A DNA stretch of 64,000 nucleotides, from contig NC_047028.1 in the NCBI RefSeq assembly GCF_902652985.1, positions 23,870,001 through 23,934,000 on the forward strand, given 5' to 3'. The position numbers were made by a program, and so were the translations under genes. Positions 52,790 to 63,439 of this stretch are shown one piece after another. This stretch comes from Pecten maximus (Eukaryota). The notes beneath the pieces are model-generated. The model had not been told where the DNA came from. It did no database searches and saw only the letters and a program-made list of their open reading frames with translations. Position 1 is the stretch's first letter, and every line of letters starts with the position of its first letter.

Positions 52790-53025
52790 TATGTTTACAC
52801 GTGATGTTACAATTCTTCCATTTCCAAAAAGATTCTGGATTATTTCTTCAGCAATCTTGCTCCTCTTAGGCATTTTGTCAATGATATGTACGGTTTGTAC
52901 TCCCCCTGTATATCCACACCCATTTTGCAGTTGACCATTAAGTCCTTAAGGGTCTGCCAAATATATATATCTGGTAATATCGCTACACACAAGAGTACAG
53001 GCAAAACTACAGCAGCCAACACCAT
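52790..53025 (-). pseudogene. Peptide-precursor pseudogene E
   Basis: MVLAAVVLPVLLCVAILP, then a frameshift in an (AT)n run and a TAA. The restored frame gives ..GGVQTVHIIDKMPKRSKIAEEIIQ. Promoter 53406-53440 and donor 53334 are retained. Confidence 0.8.
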
Positions 53026-54401
53026 TATCCTGAAAGAAATACGCTTTTTAAATATGTATACTGCCCATTATTTACACTTTGCTATTTCTTAATTTCTTAA
53101 TTTCTTACATAGATATGACTGTTAATTCTTATTTTTGTTACCTTGGCGAATAAGAGTAATAAAACGTATTGAATAGAAGGAACTAACTGACACATATCAA
53201 CTTATACCAGATCCCGAGAATTAGCGCTTGAATATTTTCTTGTTGGAATCTGATCAATGCCTACATTGTTTTGAAGCATGAAGAAAGAAAACTTTACCAA
53301 ATATCGGTTATGGAAATGTTTCAAAACCACTAACCCAATGTACTCCGGAAAAGTCCGCACAGGAGTCTATAAGTTGTAGATGTGATTAACTTGTGAGACC
53401 CTCTATTATATAAGCCCTGATTCACATCTGGTACGGCAGTAAATCTAAAGACAATGTCTGATAAAATTCAGTTTGAATTAACATACGTTGATTTGTCTTT
53501 GATCACAACACAAATATGGCGATGATTTCCAGAAATAGATTCGTATTATCAGTATTACATAAACATATAACAGAACAAAGGCGTGTTTCTCTGCTTTTAA
53601 CAAATCAACTATGTCAACAAATGTTCTGTGTTATTGTTTCACCAGATGTCTGGAATGAGGGCTAAATACATAATATTTGGTCACTCATAGGTATGTTCAT
53701 ATACGTATTACATGTAAACAAAGATACATTGAAATACACGAGTCTTCGTTAAGTGTTCTAACTTATTTTCAATAGCATAATTTTCTTGATAGCTGTCAAG
53801 AGCTGAGGAAAACAAAACTTGTAACACAAGATTTCGATAGACGCCAGGTGATAACAACAAATGGAAAAAGTTGTATGATCGACATCGTTATCCATAGGGA
53901 ATCTTCTATTTCCTTTTGTCGGTTTGATTGTCTACTGGTTATTTGTTGTTACCCCAGTTCTGATTGCGAGAACATGCCATTTCCCAAAATAACCTAGAAT
54001 GTGGAAATACAATGGTTTTTTTCATTTTCCGTTTGAAAGTTATCTATCAAAATAAGAATGTTTGACTTCAATCACTTTCTACAAAGGCTATCTCTAAAAC
54101 AAAAGTGACTTGTTAATTGAATTTATAAACCAGGAAACAATTTAAGGCATTTTTTGTAAAAGAATCATTCTTTCACAATGAAAATGGTTAATAAATCATA
54201 ACAGGAGTTCCTGGGGATAGGTTTTAGATGGGGTTTGGTTTGGGGTAATTGTTGAACAGAAATCATGCGGGAGATTTTGCATTTCTTCAGATTGTTGACG
54301 CCCGATTTCGTGTTATTCGCTATGATTGAAATATTAAACAAATTATTAACACATACCATTTTGGTTATTTTGATCATTGTATTTGAATATTTTTCATAGA
54401 T

Positions 54402-54452
54402 AGGAGGAGCAGGGCTGCTGAAGAATTGCCTTCACATCAAATAGGGAACTAA
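54402..54452 (+). pseudogene. 3' fragment F of peptide-precursor family
   Basis: RRSRAAEELPSHQIGN* followed by family-type 3' UTR; 5' part absent. Confidence 0.7.
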
Positions 54453-54713
54453 TGATTTGTGACAAAAAAAGAATAACTTATTTCAAACCTGAAAATGATG
54501 TGTTGTTTGATATACCTAAACCTATATAATTTCATAAAATGATTGCTGAGTTATTGAATGAACACAGCTATAGCGAAAGTGTTCTTATGAATGCTTGTGT
54601 TATGACATGTAATGACGTCGTTTACCTTCATGTATACAAAATTACGACATCAAAACAAAACCGCAATTCTAAGTAAAGCTCAATACATTAAGGGCATTAA
54701 CTATATACATGAA

Positions 54714-54863
54714 GTTTTGCCTTTCCTTTTGTGTTTAGCGATATTATCAGTGGGACGTTTGCATCAAGACTGGCTGATCAAGCACGGGATGTTGGTGATG
54801 TTGGCATTCAGCAGTAATAAAGTCATTTTGAGAGACAGGGCTGCCGACGAAATACATAGACCT
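54714..54863 (+). pseudogene. D-like pseudogene remnant G
   Basis: VLPFLLCLAILSVG...VILRDRAADEIHRP, preceded by the same aactatatacatgaag deletion junction as the D copies. Confidence 0.7.
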
Positions 54864-55309
54864 TATAATCAGAGCTGGGGTAACGACAAACAACCAGTAG
54901 ACGACCCAACCGACATCGACATACCGAAATGGAATATTTCCCATACAGCTTTTTTCAATTCGTGTCATCAACTTGCATCTTTCCAAACCTTGTGTTAGAA
55001 ATTTTGCCCTCGTCAGGTTTTGACACCTATAAAAATGTGCTATTGAAAACAATTAGAGAGTTTACCTACTTAGAAAACGAAAATTAACAATAGGCGAGAA
55101 ATTGATATCATTGGTTGTAAGCTACACCTCTTGAAAAAAAGTTAGGGCATAGAGAGTTTAATTATTTATTGAAAATCAACAGTAGGCGAGAAATATATAT
55201 CATTGGTTATAATTAAGCGACTCCTGTTGGCAACCCTTTGAAAGTTGGTTTCATGATAAAATAGATATGATTGACTTGTCTTTAAACGGGATTAAATATT
55301 AAAATATAC

Positions 55310-57260
55310 ATACTGTGTATTATTGTTATTGTTTACACACCGCAGTGCGTAACCACTTTCTAAGCCTCAGATAAGCCTCAACAAATCTGATTGGCAAACT
55401 CTCGCCTTTGACCACGGACTATTTTTACTCCTCTCAATTATTTTTTTTGTCGCCTGTCTTCAAAACATGGACACGTTTTGTGGATTTTTCGATATTATCA
55501 ACATTAGCATAACTGGGTGAGAGGGGTGTCCTCATGGAAATGTCGATTAATCTGGATTTGAATCGTACGAAATATAATTTGATGTTGGTAAAATAGACGA
55601 CGCACGGAAGCTAGATATTGCATCGATTATAAGCCTAGCGAACCAAAACTGACAACCCACCTCCCCCTTGATTCTAGATATGCAGTTGACCCCGATAGCC
55701 ATGAATGAATTATCAAAACAATGAACAAATGTAATACAAAATGGTTAAATCGCTGTCTCTAATCGTCGTCATTTGAATGAAACGGCAGCGGCATCTAACG
55801 TAGGCCTAAGCCTAGAGCTTCCCTTTTAGTTCGGTGTCATTCGGCACCATCGTGTACCAACAAAAAAATCAGCCAATGAACACTTTCTTATCATTCCACT
55901 TACCTTTATTGCGAATATATCTGTTACAAACACAAAAGTGTAAAAATCATCTTGGAACATTTGTCTCATGTCAGTAAACTGATGAGATTTCGTGTAAACA
56001 CACTGACAAACGTAAAATACATATTGCTCAGCACTCCAGCTCGGTTTCCAAAATATTTGTTGAAATGCATAGTGTCTGCAATGAATAAATCTCAGAATGA
56101 GCATTTACCATCACAATAACCAGTAATAGCATACATACGAAATCCAGGAAAAGACCGATAATTGAATCTGACAATGATGAGTCTAATATTCAGTGGTGAC
56201 CTTCGACTTCGCGATGACGGTGTCGTCTTCGAATAGTTTGAGCGAAGTCATTTAAGCAAGTTACCTATTAATAAATCACACAGATACAAGGATTGTCAAA
56301 CTAATATTTCGTTTTGTAAAATAATATCATTAACAAATATAGTACAGAAGATATGAGTTGTGCATCTAAAATAGATGATAACCTTTCGTTCATAACGACC
56401 TATATTTTGTCGCGTAGTGATTTTGTTCACGAAATTTAGTTGCTACGTTGGGAGAATTTGAACTTGACAGGCTTACATTTGTAAGTAAAGAAGTTATGGG
56501 ATAAACAAGTTCCCCTACTCGTGACGATTATTTATCATTTTTATCCAAAGCTAAAGCTCGTGTCTTTTCAAAATTAGAAAATTAACTAACTCGAGTTGGA
56601 TAAAAATGATAAACAATCTCCACTTGTTGGGGAACCTCTATTTATATACCTAAGGAGACTTCCCAATATACAAAAATAGATAGGAAACTGTCCTTTATTA
56701 CTTACTATTTTATCGAGTAATGATTCGGCTTACATAATTTATTTGCTACGTTGGGGAAATTTGAACTCGACGTTTGTAAGTAAAGTAGTTATTGGATAAA
56801 CATGTTCCCCAACGAGTGACGGTTGTTAATCATGTTTATCTAACTATCATCAATTAATTTTCTAATTTAGAAAAGGCACTCGCTAAAGCTCGTTTCTTTT
56901 TTAAATTTGAAAATTAACTATCTCGAGTTAGATAAACATGATCAACAAGGATGGATAGTATTGCAACAGCAATACAAAGCCCCCTGCCTGAGCTAGAAGT
57001 GCACCTATTCATTTCCCATTTTTTGGTTGGGGTCGAAAAAATGGTTTTTCGAAAAAAACAAATGTGGGATGCACAACTACATGTTATACTAATCAGGTAT
57101 ACCAAGTTTCGTTAAGATCGGAGTAGTACTTTAGGAGGAGTTGTCCGGACAACTATTGTGTGACAGACAGACAGACGGACGGACGGACGGTAAACCTATA
57201 GTCCCCCCGTTTTTCAAACGGCAGGGGATTAATAACCGTCACTTGTTATGGAACCTCTTT
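55310..57260. mobile_element. Non-autonomous element with duplicated palindromic end, inserted in the upstream module of gene H
   Basis: Interrupts the family upstream homology. Two palindromic ends, each ending aacctct (56508-56640 and 56803-57260). A related inverted copy lies at about 63440-64000. Boundaries approximate. Confidence 0.55.
56944..57233. mobile_element. HINE/DINE-1-like non-autonomous Helentron element
   Basis: aacaag start with hairpin gtattgc-aaca-gcaatac, (GACA/GACG)n microsatellite and tatagtcccc..hairpin..ggggattaat end; inserted into the arm of a palindrome. Confidence 0.7.
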
Positions 57261-58162
57261 ATAAACAATAGGAAAATATTAACGCTACCGTACAGCTATA
57301 TTGTAAGCTATCAATTATATGAGGTAATGAAGTCTCTTGTATTTAAATATCTCTATGTATACATAAGATACGTACCTGGTCATTCCTATGAGTGGCCAAA
57401 TATTATTTATTTAACCTTTAATTCAGACATATATAGATACAATAACAATTAACAATTTTATAACTTGATTGATCTGATAAAAGCAGGTAACATGCCTCAT
57501 GTTCTGTAAGGTATTCGATTATGTAATAATGATAATAGTGTGAATCCATTTTTAGAAAACATCACTATATTTGTGTTGTGACCATAAACAAATAATTTTA
57601 AACAGCTATATACGCAGTAACAATTTCTAAATGTTGATTAAAAAATATCGAATCAAAGTAGGTAACATGCCATAATGTTGTTTTAGGTGTACGATATGTA
57701 ATATTAATAATACTAATCCATTTTTGGAAAGCGGTTGTTAAATATAGGTGAATTTTATCAGACATGAATTATAATTTAACTGCCCTACCATATGTAAATC
57801 GGAGCTTATATAATAGTAAGTGTCACAAACTAACAACATCTACGACTGATAGACTCCTGTGCAAACATATCGGTAATACACTTGCTAGATATATTATTCT
57901 TTTGCCTGTATGACCTGACAACCTATTTTTTTTTTTTTTTTTTTTATAAAGCTTTCTTCATGTAGGTATTCATAAAGTTTACATTTATTTCTACTTGCAT
58001 ACTTTAATAACTTTAAAATAACCGAACGCTGATTATCGATCATGTATCCGTTGTTATGTGCCTGCTATTTTTTATTCATTTTTTTCTATTTAATACATGA
58101 GCCAACAAAGATTTCAAAAACGTACAGCTGCACAATTTGTTTTGTTATATTCCTTCAGAAAA

Positions 58163-58360
58163 ATGACTTTGATAGCTGTAGGTTGGCCCTTCCTCTTGTG
58201 TGTAGCGATATTGTCAGAGGGATATTTGACAGAGGCGTCGCGACTACAGCGTGGGAAAGGAAAACTTAAAGGAATAGTACTTACCAAGCCTCTCACTGAC
58301 AAAATCATCAGGATGAGCAGGGCTGCTGAAGAATTGGTTTTACCCCCACACGGAAGATGA
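58163..58360 (+). CDS. Secreted peptide precursor H (65 aa)
   Basis: MTLIAVGWPFLLCVAILSEG-YLTEASRLQRGKGKLKGIVLTKPLTDKII-RMSR-AAEELVLPPH-GR*. Promoter 57779-57813 (CATATG + TATATAA); acceptor AG at 58157-58158. Confidence 0.8.
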   Translation: MTLIAVGWPFLLCVAILSEGYLTEASRLQRGKGKLKGIVLTKPLTDKIIRMSRAAEELVLPPHGR

Positions 58361-59747
58361 TGAATTGTAGTATGAGGTGTAAAATATCAAAAAAATCAAA
58401 AGGAATAAATGACTTCATAGCTGAAAGTTTTTTTATGTATTTCAACACATGGTCACGCACGGTCTTATTGAAATAACCACACCAATTACAAAAGTTTGCG
58501 TTTGAATAAGTGTAATATGGCATAATAGCGTAAAAGGAAACTAATGAATTGTCATCATATACTCGTAGATAATCAAATGAAAAAAGTATTAGACAGTGAC
58601 TAAAGAATGGTAATTCTGGTTCCTTTTATATGGATATCTGCAATTTGTCATGAATTATTAATTGATGTGAATTGGAATGTCATTTGATGATTAATAGCGT
58701 ACCTCTGATTTATTCACTGCCGAGATTAGAAATGAATTAAGCCAAACAACTCCTTTACCAACTGCTGTATATTTCTGTTTGATGTAGCGGGATGATTTAT
58801 GTAATCTAACGATATTATAGGGAGAATAAAATCATTGAAATAAAGATAACTTATTACGAAATCGTCATTAAACAATATCAAACTCATGAGAAAATTGATG
58901 TCTAAATAGTTTTGTAGTGTGTATTAAAGAATGTCAAAACGAGGAAAAAATAACAATGAAGTTCAAGAAGAAAAGTCATGTTCCATGTGTGCAAGTATCC
59001 TTTGCTGCATTTCCGATACCGGCTATATGATATAATTATTCATACATTATTCTAGCGTGTTTCTACAGTAGAAACAAACTATGACCTCAAGACTCAACTT
59101 AAAACCTTTTTTCCAACTTCTAGTTTGGATTCCATGGTGGATACAGGTATTCACATTAAAGAAAATAAATCGCCGAAGATACGGATACTTGTCCGATTTC
59201 AAGTATGTCAACGGAAACTTAATATCACAATGTTTTTGGAATGTCATGAAATAAATACATTTCATGTATTTTTTCAAATATTAACTTAAAAAGTTATTTT
59301 CTGATGCGAGCATTGACAACATTAATTTTGTCAACTTTATTTGACTTATTTTGCTTGGCTATTTTGAAAAATGGAAAAATGTTAATAGCTATATGGTAAC
59401 TTTACTCTAAGTTTAGCACGATTTTGTATTTTTAAAAGACGAAATCTTGTGATGTGTAAAGAAGGCCATGCAGATATTATCAAAATTATCAAGTTCACTT
59501 CAAGCATTTTATCAAGTATAGTTTAACCTGTTTTATTCATATACATCAAACTGCATTTTTCACCATTGATAATGATATAATCATATTAAGTGACTGTGGT
59601 ATATCAGGTGTGATATCAGGTTTTACATAAAAATAAAAATACAACAGGGTGTATAAAATACAATTGTAAATATGTGTTTATGCATTGTGAAGAACCACGG
59701 GGACCCAACCCACAGGGTCATTTTGTTATTTTTTGTTACACATGTTG

Positions 59748-59963
59748 CTACACTTTATCTTTTTTCGAAGGTACAACCTATTCTCCACCAGCCCAGCTCC
59801 TCCTAGTGCTTTTGTCATTGAAGGGTTTGATATGTTCAGCCATTGCACGTCCTCCTCTACCCTGCTTGAGTTCATCACAAAATTGTGATCATTTTACTTT
59901 ATATCCCTCTGACAATATCGCTACATACAAAAGGAGAGGCAAAACTACAGTAGCCAATGTCAT
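59748..59963 (-). pseudogene. Peptide-precursor pseudogene I
   Basis: MTLATVVLPLLLYVAILSEGYKVK*SQFCDELKQGRGGRAMAEHIKPFNDKSTRRSWAGGE*VVP. Two in-frame stops; exon 1 (about 60290-60339) is kept but the promoter is replaced. Confidence 0.8.
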
Positions 59964-61213
59964 TTTTCTGAAGAGAAAGGACATAATACATAAAAGGAAA
60001 TGTTGCAATTCGTTTTGTGAACATGTATGCAGCACCACTATCAATTCTTTGCTTTTTATTGCATATTAAAGCAAACGACTGTTAATACAAATCAGTGATT
60101 TTTGTTTGATAAATGAGAGAAATAGAACTCTCCAGTAATAACTTACTGGCACATACCAACGTTTGAGAATAAGAGTTCGATTATTATGGTGTAAAATATG
60201 CAATAATTTATAGTGATGGTACATGAAGAAAGCTTTACAAACAAATTGGTTATGTCAAGTCATATAGACAATGGATAAACACTTCTTACCAAGTATATTC
60301 TGAAAATGTTCACACAGGCGTCTATCAGTAGTAGATGTGATGAATATCTACTACTGATATTCTAACTAGTATATTATTTTGGGCATGTTATACAGATATA
60401 CGACAGTCCATTCATGTTTAAGTCTATCATAACTACCTTTGTCTGAGATGTAGTATCTTTAACGTCAGATTACATATATACTATATGAAATTACTTACTC
60501 AAGTTTCCTACATAAAGGCATGGCTTGTGAAAATGTCTTTCAATCACATTTGTATGGAGCATTTTGTCTTTAAACATACATCTGTTTGGCTGTTTGAATA
60601 AATGTTTCTGTTTTATTTCTGCTTCGCATTTTCATTTCTCCTTGTTTCGAAATGTTTGAATTTATATTACGAAATTGTTTAGATGTCCATTTTCTCCCGA
60701 TTTTAACAGTAATTAATAAAGGGTTCATGATTACCTATTTACATTGCATGGCTTTTAATCTTCATACCATATCGTTAGATTCCCTAAAAGAGCATGTTGC
60801 ATCGGACAGAAAAAGACAGCCGTTGGCAAAGGAGTTGTTTGATATCATATATACACCAGTTACCATCAATACCATTACAGTTTACATCAATAAGTAAGTT
60901 TTGATAATTTGTTTTATACGATATGAAATGAACCACAATTACGATTCATTAACCAGTATCTAATGTTTCTTCATATCATTATCTGCAAGTATTTAAAGTC
61001 GATTCTTCAGCCTTTAATGCCGTCATTATATGCCATATTACAAGCATTCATAGGTACACTTTTGCAATTGGTGTGTTAATTCAATAATGCACCAGGTGAT
61101 GAAATTATAAAGATTTAGATATATCAAACAAAATATGGTATATATCATATATCAGATATGAAATCGTTTTATCTTTTCGCTTCTGCACATGTTACACGTG
61201 ATATTACAAATCA

Positions 61214-62812
61214 TTACTTCCCCATTGGAAATGGAGGCAATTCTTCAGCAGCTCTGTTCCTGCTGGTGATTTTGTCCGTGAGAGGTTTGATGTGTATTAT
61301 TCCATTAACTCCTCCACTCCCAAACTGTTGTCCTGACGCGTCTGTCAAATATCTCTCTGGTACGATGGCCGACAAGAGCCTGGCAAAATGAAATGAAAAA
61401 ACTGTAACACTTTTTTTCATGGTACAGTTTTTTCATATCTTTTTGTACCATGGAAAAGTGTACCATGGTACAAAAAGATGTGAAAATTCAAATCATTTAC
61501 TTAGGAAAAAACACAGCTTACATTCACATGTTTATGTACCAATAGCCGGTATCAGCCGGCAAAATGATGTGAAAGGTTTTGTACCGCGTTACACTTTTTT
61601 CATTTCTTTTTGTACCATTTTTGGTACAAAAAGATATGAAAAAAGTTAACCAAGAAAAAAACGTTACAGTTTTTTCATATCTTTTTGTACCATTCGTGGT
61701 ACAAAAAGATGTGAAAAAACTGTACCATCAGAACATCGGGAATGTCGTCATCCAACACCATGACCAGGGCTGACCCCGAATAGCAAAGGTTTGATAACAC
61801 TGTCACAACAAGCCAAAAAGTGTATAAATCACTTCTGAGGACACAAATCGAGTCGAAACTATAGTGTATTGGGGTGTACCTTGGGGCTAAGAATTATTAA
61901 ATTAAACTTGTATAATGTCATCATTTCCATTTTAGAGATAAACAATTGAACGATTGAAAAAACATTACAGCATTTCTCTAATGGTCTTACAATATATATA
62001 TTCCTCGATGTCTTCAGTAAAACCAACTATATTTTACGAGTGGGGCTAATATTTCGATATTTGTGCATTCGTGAAAAATATTAAAATATTAGTTGCATGA
62101 GTGAAATACATTTGGTATTATTGAAGATGCTGTTAGATATGCTGTTTATTACATTTTCGTAGCAAAATATACCGGATCATCTTTTAACTTTTTCCATTTT
62201 CCACTTTTATAGAATGATTAATTTTCGATATTTCACTGCTAAAAGCGTAATAACGAAACCCATCGGTGTCTATAGTTTCTTTTACTCGAGAAGTTTTTAT
62301 TACGTAATAAAATTGACGGTCCCATTTCCCCAAAACGGACCCCATCGGTGATAATAGTTTCTTGTACTCGAGAAGTTGAGGCAGATTGGATACATTGACA
62401 ATGTAAGTACAGATAATTCCTCACTGGAAAAAAATATTAAACACGTTATTTTTAAAATGAAAAGTCATTTAAAAGTTAAAATAGACAATTGACTATGTGA
62501 TGACAGTTTTATCTGGGAGTCATTTGTCAAACTCAGTCACCCTTATGTCTGGCCGTTTCATATGTTTCTGTACCATGGCTGTTTTCGGCCGCTTTTTGGT
62601 ACAAAAAGATACAAAAGCGACTGACTCATTTCAACTTCGCTTTCACATCTTTCTGTACCATACAATGGTACAAAAAGATGTGAAAAAAATGTACCATGAA
62701 AAAAAGTGTTACAGTTTTTTCATTTCATTTTGCCAGGCTCTTGTCGGCCATCGTACTCTGGCAATATCGCTACACACAAGAGTAAAGGCCAAACTATAGC
62801 AATCAATGCCAT
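61214..62812 (-). pseudogene. Peptide precursor J split by a TIR element
   Basis: Removing 61361-62755 plus one TSD restores MALIAIVWPLLLCVAILPERYLTDASGQQFGSGGVNGIIHIKPLTDKITSRNRAAEELPPFPMGK* (65 aa). Donor at 62975; promoter 63034-63067 with TATA changed to TATGTAA. Confidence 0.8.
61361..62755. mobile_element. Non-autonomous TIR element (1395 bp), superfamily unassigned
   Basis: ~65-bp TIR tacgatggccgacaagagcctggcaaaatgaaatgaaaaaactgtaacac; subterminal tgtacca/tggtacaaaaagat repeats. TSD ctctgg (6 bp), or equivalently tctg (4 bp) with GTAC termini. Confidence 0.88.
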
Positions 62813-63439
62813 TTTTCTGAAAGAATATAAGATAAAAAATTGTGTTGGTATACATTTAACGATTGGTTATTTTCAGGTTAAAGAATGCAAGTAGAAATAC
62901 ATGTAAGCTTTTATTAAGAAATCTTTACCAAAACATGTTGTCAAGTCATAAAGGCATTAAGAAATATCTACTTACCCAGTGTACTCAGGAAAACGTTCGA
63001 AATGGGATATATCAGAGCTGGTGACACCTACTATTACATAAACTCCAATTACATCTGGTACGGCGGTAAAAATATAAATCATGTCTGAAAACATGGTAGC
63101 ATGCCACCTGCTTTGATGAGATCTATTAAGTCTAAATTTAGTAATCGTTACTGCATCCACAGCTGTTTAAATTTATTTTGTCTATGATCATAACACAAAT
63201 GTGATGATGTTTTCCAATGACGGATTCGAATCGTACTATCAGTATTACATTATCGAATATATAACAGAACATGAGGCGTGATGCCTGTTTTTATCAGATC
63301 AATTAAGTCCCAAATTGTTATTGTATTTACAGCTGTCTGAAATGAAGGACCAATGAATAATATTTGGTCACTCGTAGTAATGTCCAGGTACGTATCTTAT
63401 GTATACGAAAAGAGATTGAAATACAAGAGACTGACAAGA

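Noticed and set aside
59889-59891. In-frame TGA in gene I as selenocysteine
   Set aside because: A second in-frame TAG, a lost promoter and no evident SECIS make a pseudogene the simpler explanation.
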